Shown here: positions 25,106 through 64,000 of the stretch, in pieces
How the letters are laid out: each line of letters starts with the position of its first letter
How positions within the stretch are numbered: the first letter of the stretch is position 1
NCBI GenBank assembly: GCA_012295275.1
Contig: CM022672.1
Location: 17,112,001 to 17,176,000, forward strand
Length of the DNA: 64,000 nucleotides
Reading direction: 5' to 3'
Source of the DNA: Chrysomallon squamiferum
Lineage: Eukaryota > Animalia > Mollusca
Position numbers and translations under genes: made by a program
The notes under the pieces: generated by a model
Told to the model about the DNA's origin: nothing
Seen by the model: only the letters and a program-made list of their open reading frames with translations
Database searches by the model: none

Positions 25106-25302
25106 TTTATAAAAAGTTCTTTGTGACAAATAGCATTTACAATAAATAAAATAGAAACATTTTGACACTAACTGTAAAACACTTAAAATAAATAAACAAA
25201 TAAATAGCTATTTAGCATTTCGATTTTCCCGCTACCGTCGATGGTTTATGTATTTTAGATCCTTAGTAATGTGCTAAATATAAAGTAATAGTTAAAGTAA
25301 TA

Positions 25303-25348
<46 letters not shown>

Positions 25349-27899
25349 TATTCCTTTAATATTTTATTCTTATTTTTATTTGTATTTTTAAATCATAATT
25401 AAAATATGTGTCCCAGTAACTACTTTAAAACAAAAGACTGTAATAATTGTTTACATGTGTATATTATAAATAAGGGTAAGGTTAATAGCGTAAAGAATAT
25501 GGGACATTTCATTTATAGCAAAATCAAATATAAAACTTAACCAAAACGTCGTGTGATGTAGAATCACATTTACCGTTTATGCTAACTCATAAAAGAAACA
25601 CAAAATATTGTTACTATCAAAAAAAAAAAAAAAAAAAAAAAGTAATAAGAACAAACAAAGAAGGAAGGAAGGAAGAAACAAAATAAATGAATGTAGCAAT
25701 AATGTTAATAATATTTTTAAAATAGTAATGATAAAATTTCTATAAATATATAATAATTATTATTTACTGGATTTCAAAACAATCCTGAACTATCAGAAAA
25801 GTCTCAAAAAAAGGTTTTTTTATATACAGTTCTAGTTCATTACAGGCTTTTTTTATAACGATGTTTCTGGCAAACTTTGCTGAGCCGACATCACTTTTCA
25901 GTCGAGCATATTTTTTTTCAGTTACAAGTTTTCATTTTTAATACTCTTTTTAAAGTTATAAAGTGAACACTCTTTGTTCTACTTTATTCATACTTGTATC
26001 AGTTCGAGTTATTATTTCATTTTTCATTTTTTTATAGCTCAGTGTTTAGTGAAGTCGCATGGAATTGCTTTCACACAAAAATATTATTAAATAACACTCT
26101 CCAGTTGGTATCCCACAAGTAATTCATAAAAGTTGCTTCCACGAATTGAATTAATAACATACATAGCTGGTATTTCACTAAATAAAAGTCGAAGAAAGAC
26201 GACTTATATAGAAGTCTGACAGTTCAGAGAAGATGAGAGAGAAATAAACGAAAGAAAAGAAATATGGTTTCTTCGTTTAGTTTTATTGTTGTCTTAAATT
26301 TGAACTGAGACGCAAAAATGAATGGTGTGAACATCGTAGATTTTTCCCAAGAACATGATGTGAATTTTAAGGAATATGAATTATCTGTGTCTCTCTCTCT
26401 CTGTCCAGCAGCTCGTTAAGCGAATAAAAGATTTAAAACAATAAATATAATCAAGTATCGAAGTTACTGAATTGTTCTAGGGCAATATCTAAATAAGATA
26501 TCTTTAAGATCTAAATTCAGATAGACATACATATATATATGTACATACAAAGAGCGTTCACCTTTGAAGACTTGAACACTCACCTTTCAGCCCAGTCTTC
26601 GTGTTACACAAAGAATGCATTCATCGCAACCAAGACATATGAAATAAACAGAGCATGTGAAATAAGTGATAATAAAAATAAAACAGGTTTCTGGGAGAGG
26701 CTTATGGAGAATATTTGGGTGCAACTAAGTAAAATATCCTGAAAAGACAAATTCGAATTCCATCTGGTTTTATTTTTTTTAAAAGACAATAAACAAGCGC
26801 TGATAATATTTGGGTATCTTTTGCTTTTCACATTTTTAAAATATTTTTAGTTCTTACATTTTATTATTTATTTATTTATTTATTTTTTTATTTTTTTATT
26901 TATTTATTTTTTTTTTTTTTTTATTTATTTATTTATTGTTTTGTTTGTTTGTTTTGTTGAGTTTTTTATTTTAATTTTAATTTTAATTTTTTTTTAGTCT
27001 TAATATTACGTGAAGGATGTTTTCGTTTGGGAAAGATATGGATGCAACAAATCTGTTTCTTTTTTTTTTTTATTAGATTTCTTTAATTATTGTAAACAAG
27101 ATGTATGAGTTGTTATAGAGAACTGGTTAAGTACATTAAATACAACACAGATGGACTGCAAACATAATACATCACATATGTAATTCACTTAATAATTAAT
27201 TGTTCGAAATGTTTCTTTAAAAATGTGTTATTATCATATTAACGGGTAATTATGTTTCAAAACGTTGATTTGACTGTAATGTAAAATTAGAGGGGGGTGG
27301 AAACTGCTCTGCCCTCACTGCAAGGTTGTTGTTATCCATTAGCTGTAAGGAATATTTTGTAGACACCTTGTTACGGACAGGAAAGTGTAACCGCACCTAA
27401 AAAACTAGTCGTGACGCATTATGATCAGGTTATTCGTCATACACCAGCGACGCTTTCTGTCCTTTCAGTTACATCTCTTTTGTGCAGTACAGTCACGGTC
27501 AGATAGCAAAGAGAAACAACAAAAATCAGCACAGCTCACAGAAATATTAGTGCGAGATCTATACTTATAATACTGTAAAAATTACAACACAATTCAGGAA
27601 TACACTATAGTGTACAACATAATATACTGCCATAGAAAAATATATATATGTGTGTGTGTGTACAGTGGTCTACTGACCTGTACAGATCCGTACAACAATG
27701 TTCATTACAATTCGATATCGTCCAATAAAGAAAGTAAAAACGGCAATAAATTTCGGAAAGCCTATTATTTCATTGTATTCATGTAGTTAACAATAAATTA
27801 ATAAAGAGAAGAATCAAGCTGTATATGTTTAATTTATATATAAATATAAAGGTTATTTCAGATCGGCATATAATCTTCTTTATATGCGTCTATATGTTG

Positions 27900-28326
27900 A
27901 GAAACTCCATATAAAGATGACTGAATATTTTTGTTTTGAAATACTGAGAAGAGAACCACACATTCCGACATTATTTATTATTACATACATTTTTTAATTT
28001 TTTTTTTTTTTTTTTTTTAATACTGGGCTTAATGAACCATAACGTTGTTGCAATTTTTTACGTTGTATACCACTCAAAATAAAGTTTATTTTACTCCTTG
28101 TTTGTTTGTTTATTTGTTGCTGGGTTTTTTTTTTTTTTTTTTTTTTTTTCTTTCCAACATATCACTTGGCCGATATAATATGTTTTTACCTGTGTTATTG
28201 AACTTAAAATATTTATTATAATGATTTTGGTATGTTTCTGAAGTGCTGAAAAACAAAGACAAATATTCAAAAATGCTAACGGATTAATACGTTTATGACT
28301 GGATAATACATTTATCACTAGAAGAA

Positions 28327-28376
<50 letters not shown>

Positions 28377-31300
28377 AAAAGAAGAAAGTTAATGCTTTAT
28401 TTAATAAAAAAAATTCAAAACAGCTTAAATCTATAGTAACATGGTATCAAGCTTAATTATAATAAGAACAATATAGAAAATAAACTGAAAACCAGCTGTT
28501 CCCGCGTACTGCGTTATTCTTTCATCCATTAGTAGATGACTGTTTTTTTTTTTTTTTTTAAATACAGAACAGAAAACAGCACATTACTGAATAAAAGAAA
28601 ATGAGGGCACTTTGTGGAGCGAGAAATAGCGGAGGATTCATTCCATACACAGCTGAATTCAGCAAACTGTAAACTACTTTAAAATATTTTAGTGTCACGT
28701 GCTGATGGACGCACACCTGTCAAACATTTTGAGGAGAACGTTATGCTCCAAACTGCTTGCAAGAATGGTATGGGCAGGAATACATTATGGTGGTAGGTGG
28801 TCGGAAGTTTCTGCAGCGCAAAAACATCCTAGATACTACCTTTCGTAATATTTAAACCCACTAGAACATTTTGGGGGTTGGATCTGACCAGCGTATGAGT
28901 CGAATGAATCCACCATCCCAGACACCTCTCTCTGCAACTTCGTTCGGAACGGCAGCTTGTTTCATTATTTCCATGAGCGTCATCGATTCTGACATTCTGC
29001 CGACCGCCGCTTCGCATATAAAGCAGGTGTAATCATTTTTGGACAATTCAGATTAATTCCTTTCCCTTATCTACGAGTTTTGTTTTTTGTTTGAGTTTTT
29101 GGGGCGATGGGTGGGGGGTCTTTATTTATTTATGGTTTGTTTGTTTTTGTTTTGCTTCTTTTGTTGGGTTTTCTTTTCTGTTTTATTATTAAACTTTAAA
29201 AATCAATGGCAAGTTTCTCTTTTCGAAGAGTATACAATTACCCCCACGGGTGTTGCGGAGTATAAACCACGAGGCCAGTGTTATTCGTTTGTCAGTGAAT
29301 CGTGACACGAGAATAATTATTTTCTTAACCCACTTATTTCAAAATTGAAAAGGTTTATTCTTCAAATAAAACTCGCTTGGTCAGTGATCCATATAAGGTG
29401 GAGACCGAAGTAATAATAATAATATATTTGTAGACGACAAAAGCGTTGATATGTTTTTGACACCAATATCGGACTTTACGTAAACGTTTTCTCCTTCAGT
29501 TTATTGCCTGAATATTTTATCTTCCTTCTTGTTATTTTCTTCTTTTTTTTATTTTATTTTTTATTTTTCTGTTACTGACATTTTGATTTTCAAAAACATA
29601 TATTCTGCTAATAATAATTTGAATTTACACATATGTACAAACATATATACACACATATATACATATATACATACATACACAAAAACATGCGCGCATAATT
29701 ACATACATATATACATATCATAGATACACAGATGTATGCCTGCATACCTCTACAATACATACACATGTATACATACTTATTTACATTAAATTATGACCTG
29801 GCAATTCTTATTTATTATTTTTCTGAAAATGATAACTTTTCACATATGTAAAGTTACATCATAGATGAGAACTAAAGTCAAATAAATTGAACCATCACAT
29901 ATTGCTGTCAGTCAAACACTATTTCAGGAATGCTGTTCTAAAATGAAATTTTTATGAACGAAATAATTGTTAATAATAAAATATAATTAATTATCATTAA
30001 AAAATTATTTATTGGGAACTTCACAAAAGATAGACGTTAGTATTCTGATAAAAAGATATTATTCCAAAGTTTTACTTGCATAATGGTTTCTGTGATTGGC
30101 TTAAAATTTACTTTGGTAGGTAAATCATATCTGCTTTCATAATTTTTCATTTTATTTATTTCAGTGATAGCCAAATGTATTTAAAATATCTTCAGGTTTT
30201 CTAAATAAACTATCAATATAATTATATAACAATGTTTTGATTAGTTAATAAGAAATACCTTAATACGCTTTCACTGATATTATGTATAAATTGTGATTTC
30301 TGTATCGACATTTCCTCGCAGATCCAAATGGCTCATTTGCCATGTATAAAATATATTATAATAAAGGTAAAGTACATTACTTTCATTACAGTAAAAATAC
30401 ACAAACTGAAACTCCATAGCAAGATGATTTGCTTTGAAATACTGAGGAGAGATCAATACTTTCTGACATTATAATGGGTTTTTGGGGGGGGGGGTGTTTG
30501 TTTTTTTTTGTTGTTGTTTTTCGGCACTATAACATTGTGGCAGTATACACATATATATTACTCAAAATACTAATTTTTCCTTGTACACCACTCAAAATAA
30601 GTTTATGACATTATTTCACTAGGTCGATATAATATTTTTCACCTGCATTGTTCAAGTTAGGGTTATGTATTATAATTATTTATTATGTTTATGAAGTTTG
30701 AAAAATCAAAAAAAAAGGAAGGAAAGAAGAAAATTAATGCTTTGTTGCGATTTTTTTGTTATTTTTTGTTATTTTGTTTTATTTTGTTTTATTTTGTTTC
30801 GTTTTTTATTTTTTGGCTTTAGAAACCAATGGCAATGTTCTCTTTTTGAAGAGTATACAATGATCCCTCGGGTATTTTTGATTATAAAGCACGAGGCCAA
30901 CACGTGTTTTATCCTACTCGTTTGTGACTGCATCGTGATATGAGATTCTTTTTACCTAGTAATCTGAAAATTTGAAAGGTTTATTCTTCAAATAAAACTA
31001 GCTTGCTGAGAGATGCATATAAAAGGAAGACCAGATAATAATAACAATTATGATACATGAAGGACAAATGAGTGCAAAGATAGATGACCCGAGTAAAGGC
31101 ACATTTTGACAAATAAGAGACTTGTGGTTGAAAACAGTGTAAATATATCGGTCTTTACTTGAAACTTTTCTCCTTCAGTTATTTTTCTGAATATTTCATC
31201 CTCTTTTTTTCTTATTGTCTTTTTCTTACCTTTTTTTTTTTTTTTTGTTTGTTTGTTATCGATACTTTGGGCATATTTTGATTTTCAAAAGCATATATTC

Positions 31301-32010
31301 TACATACATAAATATATATACATATAGGCACACATACACACACTCACATATATACATATATACGCATCATAGATTGAAAGTTCCATGCATACATACTTAT
31401 TTACATTAAATTGTAACCTGGAAATGATAATTTTTTACCTTTGTAAAGTTATATCATAGATGAGAACTAAAGTCAAATAAATTTCACCATCACAAATTGC
31501 TGTCAGTGAAATGAACACTATTTCATGAATGGTGTTTTAAAATAAAGTATTTGACACCGAATAATTGTTAATAATTAAAATATAATTAATTGTTATTAAA
31601 CAAATACTTACTGATAACTTCACAAAAGACAGACATAGGTTTTCATATAAAATGGTATTCTAGTTTACTTGCAAAATGGTTACTGTGGTTCACAGATTTC
31701 TTATGTTTTTACACTTAAAATTTACTTTGTTGGATAAATCATATTTGTTTTCATAATGTTTCATTTTATTTATTACAGTGATAGACAAATGTATTTAAAA
31801 TATCTCCAGGTTTTCTAAATAAACTATCAATATAATTATATAAAAATGTTTTGATCAATTAAAAAGAAATACCTTAATACGCTTTCACTGAAATGAGATT
31901 TCTGTATCGACATTTCCTCGCAGATCCAAATGGCTCATTTGCCTTGTATAAAATATATTATAATAAAGGTAAAGTACATTACTTTCATTACAGTAAAAAT
32001 ACACAAACTG
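27900..32010. repeat. Tandem duplication downstream of gene C (copy 1 about 27900-30409, copy 2 about 30410-32010)
   Basis: 29200-30409 repeats as 30820-32010; the junction cacaaactg|aaactccatag joins the end of one unit to the start of the next. Confidence 0.8.
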
Positions 32011-34457
32011 TTATTTATATTACCTATTTTTTGCCATGCATAATATTAACATTTATTTTCTCTGAACATTGTTATAATCATAAATATAAAAAAACCAACA
32101 CATAAAAATGATTGTATAATAATATGAACCATATTTCGTATATGTATACAACTGTTTATACTGTGTCTAATAGAAACGTGTGTTATTTTGGTTTGATATC
32201 GTCACTTGTAAAAAGTGCAGTGAGTCACTACTATATAAAACCACACTGCAAATTATAAGATGCTAAGAGGACGAAACGGTTAAAGCTAGAAATGTCAGTG
32301 GTCAAACAATTGTTTTCTGACACTTCAGACATCATTTTAACTAAAAGTCCAAACTGATACCCAAATTTGGCCAGACACTTGGACTGTATTATGGATTTTT
32401 GCTACATCTACCTAATTACCTAATTAGTAAGTAAATATCACTACGCAAATATAATTTGATCATCTGCAGTTTGTAATTATTTACATGTAATTAATTATTT
32501 TAATGAAATATCCTTTGGTGTATTTATTCTTAATTTGCTTGTCAGGTTAGAAACGTTAAGATACGTTGAATGGGGTGAAGTACAGTTTATTTTAATGTCG
32601 GAAGGTTTCAAGTGTCACACTAAACTTTCTGCATTCATAATTCTCTTATTACTGACGGCTTGTCTCGAGTCGAATCTGCACATTGTAATAATAAAACTGT
32701 TTAAAGTTATTTTTTTATATGTTTTTATTTTTTTTATATAATTTTTTTTTTTTTTTATTATTATTATTTTTTTTTAAATATTCAATAAATACACTGCTTC
32801 TAACATGTCTTGGCTATTCATTAGGTTTATAATTTACCAAGAATTCAGAGATTTTCAAACATTCCAAAACTTTGTCATTTGTAATAACTTGTTATTCTCA
32901 TAGTATTAATGTTTTACTCTCAAACACTGTACAGTTTAAGTGTCGACTAGAAAAATCAAATAAGCGTTGTATCGAGGAAAATGGATAATACAGTCAACTA
33001 ATTTTCAATATTAGTGTTACTACACAGCTGCAGTGACCTGTTGTTGGTGAAAGCATCTTTCTGTGTCAGATAATTCTACTCCATGCCTCATTTACTTCAT
33101 CTTTCCATCATCTAGCTCCTCTTGTTCTCGAGGTATCACTGTTACATCCGAATTCAGAAACATCTTACAAATATGTCTCTCTTTTGTTACTTGGTAAAGT
33201 AATCTTGTTTTATGAAATTGTGTTTCAAGATGTTTGTCTGAGGTGTGTTTTTTTTTTTTTTTTTTTTTTTTAAGAGACAGTTTTGAATAATAGATGGATT
33301 ATTATCTAGACAACGATCGATTTTTCGTCATCTTTTGGGTGGTTTGTTATTATTAATGTTGTTGTTGTTAATGTTAAAGTTATTGTTAATTTTATTTTTT
33401 CATTATTTCAAAGTGAATTAATATTTATATGAAAAAACAACAACAATAATTTAATTACAAAATAATATACACATGTGAAATTAGAAATGAGATATGTTTT
33501 GGTTATTTAGGTTGGTTTTGCAAAGGAGGAACTGAAATTGGATGTGCCCCTTTTCTGAACTAAAGTGAAAATATAAATCTTAAGTGGGTATTTTTATAAC
33601 CAAAAAAAAAATAAAAATATATATATATTTTTTTTTCTATGTCCCATCTATTTGAAAGTTAATCTACATTTAAAAATTTAATACTTGGATATTTTGCATC
33701 ATATTTAACTTGGCTTATAAAAGAATTACGAGAACAATCCATTAGGTAAGTAGATGTAGCATTCAAACTGAAATGGAATTTATTATTTTAAAAGTTGGCA
33801 AAGTCTTAGTGTGTGGTTCACTCTTCTCGTGGATTTGTGCTTGTTAAATCATTAATTCATTCAATATACTAATCGCAGTTACCATTTTTTTATGTTTGTT
33901 TGTTGTTGTTTTTGGGTGTGTTTTTTTGGCGGGGTTGTTGTTAACTTTTTTGTTGTCTCTGTTTTATTTATTTATTTTTTTTTTTTTCAGTTCAGTAAAA
34001 CAAAATGTTGTGTTAAATCTTGGTTTTATTTACAGACTACAACATTATGTATATCACTGGACTCTGTGCAAGATAGTTTATTTTCAATTTCATTTCTGAA
34101 TGATTTATAAAAAAAATTAAATAAAAAGGAATAAGTATAAACTAAAATACTAATTTAAAAAATAAAAAACTACAAAAAAAAACTTCTCATATTTTGCTTT
34201 TCTTTATTAGTCTGCATAATGCAAAAATAAGGAAACAAATATATCATACATTAACATGCTTCTAATAAAATCCAGTGACAAAACCATGAAAAATTATAAT
34301 ATTAATTAACGAATTGCAGATCAGCTGAAAGGCATAACAAAATGTACTTGGTACTGAAAATAATATCGTTAGCGTACGTAACTGTTTCTTTTATTAGAGG
34401 ATGTCCTTGTTTATAATCATTTTCCACTTAGTTTTTGTTGCAGCATAAGAGACATAA

Positions 34458-58910
<24,453 letters not shown>

Positions 58911-58939
58911 GCTATAAAAATAAAATAAAAAAAAGTAAT

Positions 58940-59228
58940 TAAATTATATAAGTATGAAATACGACAGGGCTAAAATTTATGTACATTATTACACAAGTAT
59001 AAAATACGATAGTGCTAAAATATAAGAAAATTCCACAAGCATACATTATGACAAGTCTAAAATATAAGTAAATTATAAGAATATGTAATATAATAGTACT
59101 AAAAAAAAAATAAGAAAATTACACAAGTATAAATCATGACAAGACTAAAATATAAATAAATTATAAGAATATAAAATATAGAAGTACTAAAAACAAGTAA
59201 AATATACAAGTATAAATTATGAAAAAGC

Positions 59229-59269
<41 letters not shown>

Positions 59270-59340
59270 TAAACAACTTTTGAATTACGACAGGACTAAA
59301 ATATAAGTAAAATAAATAAGTATGAAATAAAATAGTAATG
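58940..59340. repeat. Degenerate AT-rich tandem repeat in the intron upstream of the signal exon (shorter versions at about 23540-23760 and 4300-4420)
   Basis: Recurring caagtat.aaat.acga.a...ctaaaatataag.aaa. Confidence 0.6.
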
Positions 59341-62290
59341 AAATATTACAAAATTGAAAAATAAAATTGCTGTAAAAAGATGAAGAGAATCAGTGTTTGC
59401 CCCATTACATTAAAAAAATTAAAATATATCTGTGTGTGATAATACCATGTATCTAGAACATTGACATTCAAAAAAGTCCATGTACTAAATATGTTTTTAT
59501 ATCAGACAGAATGAAATTAGGGTAGCTATTTCTAAATTTCCAGCAATCAGGACGCAGCAGCTCTGTTAGTGTATATGTGCGTGCATGCGTGCGTGCGTTT
59601 TTTGTGATGAACATGCTTTTTTACTTCATAATAACCAAAATACAAATTACAGTACTTGACAAATTAATTACTAAAGTCTGAAGATGTTACCTAAATCAAA
59701 TATGTTTTATAAAGCCTACCAAAAGCTGTAGAAAATATACTTAGGAGAATTTATCATCTGAAGAAAGCTATTTTATGGTATTTTTTCTAAAATTAGTTTT
59801 TTAAATCACAGTATATATTACGGTATGTATTACAATATGCATTTGTTCAGTCAAAATAATTTGAAGAAATTAATATTCAGAAAAGAAAAATGTATTTTTG
59901 TTTTTTAGACAGACGCCCCAAAAAAGAACAAATTAATTTCCTTCTTGATATTGCTCAGGACGAAAGCTTTTTGCTAAAGGATTTCTGGCCACGCTAATTG
60001 AAACGTACCTATGTTTAGATAATGCATAAACATGGGTTTTATTTAGTAACCACATATCTATATCAATTAGATGACACCAAGTTAAAAAAAACCAAGAATA
60101 TAATTATTTAAAGGAGAACTAATTCTTGATTTGTATATATATATATATATATATATTTGTTCTTATTGTAAGCAATTCATTCAAGGTTTTGAATATATTA
60201 GTTACATTTTTGATGTTTAAACGAAGAGGACATAACACATAACACTGTGAACATCACTGAAACAGTTTACGTTTCGTTTGTCATCGTTTCACGTAATTTC
60301 TTCGACAAGCACAAGGTTGTCAACTCGGACAAGAAAAGTCGACAACCGGAACATTGTCATCAAAGTTGACGAAATCATTTGCTCGCTTATTTTTTATAGC
60401 ACGTAAAGTCAAAAGAGATGTCATCGACGAAACATTGTTGTCTTCGATCTACATACGATATATTATTTTGTTGCGTATACTTCATTTTCTCTTAATTATT
60501 TGTATTGAATGGACCTTAAATTAATTTTATATAGCTAGATGGTTATGTCCTGATGTGACGAATGTCTATTTAGTAGACACTATCAGCATTATCCAGCAGT
60601 GTTAAAATATTGTAGAGACAGGCCTGATACAGTTTTCTGGATATCAGCCGCAGTATAATCATAATGGCGGTGGACTGATCCAAATGATGATGCGATTGGA
60701 AAATAGGATGATGGTAACAAAAAGCACGGTCTGATGATTGCAGGTATTCGGAGTTTCGTTTTTAAATAAAATTCAAGAATTTTCTGAACAATTTCTTATG
60801 TTTTAAGAATTATATTCTCTAGATAAAAATTACTGAAATAATAATATTTAAGGCGTTGTTGTTGTTTTTCTGAAACTTTCGAAACAAAAACTTAAGGACT
60901 TTTTATACTGATTCAAATAAAGATGACGAAACGAAACGATATTAGGAAAGAGAGTTGTGGCTGAATTGATGTCATTAAAACATGGCAGACAGAAATTAAA
61001 TTATGATATGTTAAAAAGACAAAATAATGAATAACAATTGTTCAGATCATTTTCAAGATTTTGACAGTGGTTATCTAATTTTACACTGTACCCTTTTATT
61101 AAAGTCTGATCACGAATAAATGTTTAGCTTCTTCCACAATATTGTCAACAATCAGAAAATTGCACGATAAAATAATAAGTACAGCCAGCAGTTTGCAAAC
61201 TGTAGCATAAAAAGCAGTTTAACAAACATTTACGTTTATGACTGGTTGAACTCCGTAACAGTATCCTACGATAAACGCCTTTTTTTTTTCTTCTTTTTTT
61301 CGGCGATTTGATATTTGATATTTATTAATTAGCAACTGAAAAATCAGACATAAAATTTGACATATTTTGTCCGTGACGCCAAAACGCTTTCATTCCACTT
61401 TCAAAGGAAAGCAACATTCTTAGCTGACACATATTCTGAAATTCTGATTGTTGAATATGAACAGAAAATCAAAATCAGCTCTGAATCAATTACGATAATT
61501 TAAATAAACAGAAATACAGTTTGCACGTCCGAACACAACATAATAATTTTTATAGATAAAACATAAGTAAAAGAGCACATGAGTGACAATAACTGTTTTC
61601 AAATGATGTCCGTTTACCCTTTTTAAATATTCATTCATAAAATAATCTTTAGATTCAGTTTCGATTCACAAAATACTATCGAAATGAATATGAGTTTCAG
61701 TAAGGCTTTAAGGGTTACTTGCCTGGAAGCAGGAACTTTTTTATTAAATAAATAAATGTATTTATTTATTTATACATAATTTACATATTACAGGCATTCA
61801 AAAACCAGTGAGTTATAAAAATTAAATAACCGTGAAGAAAATGTGCTAAATCAGTGACTCAGCATTTGTGATTTGTGACATTTAATGATCGTAATATTAA
61901 AATATTTCATTCTGTAACAAATCTATTCCAAACTAGTGAAATATTTTATGTGACATGCGTTAATTTATTATTATTACTAAATTTTATTGATGTGAAACGG
62001 CTTATTTTATTATATTAAATTATATGGAGACAAATGTACTAATTTTGTTTTAATAAATACAATTATAAACAAAAAAACATATATATATAAACATAAAAAA
62101 TGATGTTACTTTTTTGTGGGACAGGGTTGTTTTGTTTTGTTTTGTTTTGTTTTATTTTTGGGGAGGTTGTATTGTTTTGTTTTCTTGAGGATAATGAAAT
62201 TAACAAAGGATATCAGACTGTTTACAACAGTTAATAATGAGATTTTATAACGATATATGTTACCGTCGTCAGTGAATATTTTGGTGCATC

Positions 62291-62355
62291 TTTATAAAGG
62301 CCACCTGTCCATACCGACCATCTTCTCTTGGTCTCTTGAGTGGTCGTTTATAAAA
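62291..62355. repeat. Short imperfect inverted repeat, possible MITE remnant
   Basis: tttataaaggccac ... gtggtcgtttataaa are near reverse complements. Confidence 0.3.
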
Positions 62356-64000
62356 GTTCAGCTGAATTTGAAAAAGTACCACATGCGATGTACATGTTAA
62401 TTTTAGCAGTAGTTGCAGTAATACAAGAAACAGTCGTGTCGATGAAGAACAGGCAGCAAACTGTAAAACTTCTGATAATCTTAAACAAGTTCGCTCCTGC
62501 TGGCAAACAGACTGCTTTTCAAAAAATATCTACATTTATGTTGGACTAGCGTAAAATGTATGCATATAAAAAATTAAAAAAAAAGTGTTCTGTTTTCTTA
62601 ATATATCTCTTTTTAATAATTTTATTGTGTGTGCGTTGCAACATTTGACATGACAGATTGGTATAATATAATAAAATGTGTCTACAGTTACCATTTAACA
62701 ATAGCAAGGAATATCTGACGATGTAGCTACTAAAGATACATGTGTTTTTAATCGTCAATATTAATACAAAACAAAAGAAGGACATTTATACAAGAACTAG
62801 ATACAGAAGACCCGCTCGTGTTTTGAGGAATCACCCATACACATTATCTTCTCCTTTACATTCGCACGAAAGACTATGAATAAACCAACTTCATTTTGCT
62901 TTGCACAACAGACGTCAAGGAATAGCTATTGACATAAAGAAGAAACCTGTTGTTTAACAAAGCACTCATCATTTTTAATTTATAGTTATGTCGTCGTGCA
63001 TATGATTAACTATCATATATATGTCAACTGAATCCCTTCACCGCCAAGTTAAAAGTTGCTCTGTTATAATTAGAAGAAGCGGATGCTTTATTTGACAGAT
63101 TTTCCTCAGCTTTGAAAGCACTCACTTCAGTCTTCGATGAATTATTCACAGGGAAGAGTCTGAAGGAACCAAATGCTTATGTGTGCTGTATTATTTATCA
63201 CTGACTACAGATTATGGGGTAAACATTAGTACACTATTCTTTGTTTTCACTAAAGCGGAACTCAGGGCCGTTCCAAAAATGTTCCCAAATTGCCCTCGCA
63301 ACTCGTAAAGCCGACCCAGTCTACAATCTGTTCTTTCGATGGATATAAGTATATTATTTCAAATTGTTAAATGACAGAAGAATATAGAAAAAAAAACATC
63401 CAAATCTGTGAGAAATTTAAACAGTAATATACCAACGATATATAGTGTGCTTCACCGTGTATTTAGTGTAAAATTTCTCTACCGCTTTGGTCAAAATTGC
63501 TGCACAAGGTAGTAACGTGATCTCTTTTTTACGCATTATTTAATCATAATAATACTTTTGAAAAAAAAAGGCCTTTGTAATGATGAAGCAGGAACATGCG
63601 CAGACCAAGCAAGGAATTCGATACCTTAATCAAACCATAGACAGCTAAAAGCAAAATAAAATTATCAGGCTAGAAAATATTACAAACATTTTAAGAAAAA
63701 AGAAAAAGGTTCACAACAGATCTGAAAAGAAACATCAAAAATGCAAAATTAAAAGCTTATCTACTTTTTAAAACATTAATACGAGTAGGAAGTGAATATT
63801 TTTGTATATGTCTTTATGAAGTCTACGATAGAATATGTTGTAGTATAATAATAATAATAATAATAATAATTTCGATATATCACTATTAACGCCAAAAACA
63901 CTACTCAAGGCCTACATGATGTTCCAAAAGTTACTGTTCATTTTAATATGACAGCGTTTTGATTTCAAATATATGTTAGTAGATATATATTAATAAAGGT

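Noticed and set aside
28690-28725. gtcacgtg E-box, cacctgtcaaa and REST-like half sites in the dispersed repeat
   Set aside because: Short motifs inside a repeat, with the wrong arrangement for an RE1 site; no support for function
61020-64000. Possible further gene or RNA gene at the right end
   Set aside because: No paralogous exons, tRNA/rRNA signatures or credible ORFs seen

Overview
AT-rich, microsatellite-rich eukaryotic DNA with GT-AG introns, probably from an invertebrate (a lophotrochozoan such as a mollusc is plausible, but the sequence alone does not prove it). The window holds a head-to-tail array of three paralogous minus-strand genes that I reconstructed exon by exon. The full architecture (complete in C and B) is signal peptide - (Calx-beta-like repeat)n - 2 EGF - ZP module - RRKR furin site - single TM - short tail. 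Gene C (58910->34458; 38 coding exons, 6210 nt, about 2069 aa, 14 Calx-beta repeats) looks intact. Gene B (23530->12968; 18 exons, 4 repeats) carries two in-frame stops plus a lost splice acceptor with a 10-nt deletion, so it is a probable recent pseudogene. Gene A (4292->off the left edge) is partial. Each repeat is a phase 1-0-1 two-exon cassette, and the paralogs differ by loss or gain of whole cassettes, with junctions still readable in chimeric introns. The repeat that forms the N-terminal tip in A and B (third repeat in C) is hypervariable with almost no synonymous change, while the EGF exons are nearly identical. This suggests a diversifying, possibly Ca2+-dependent, ZP-polymerising recognition or matrix protein family. 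The intergenic DNA is largely segmental, tandem and inverted duplicates plus mini- and microsatellites. Most short ORFs in the track are spurious. Domain names come from motif recognition, not database searches.
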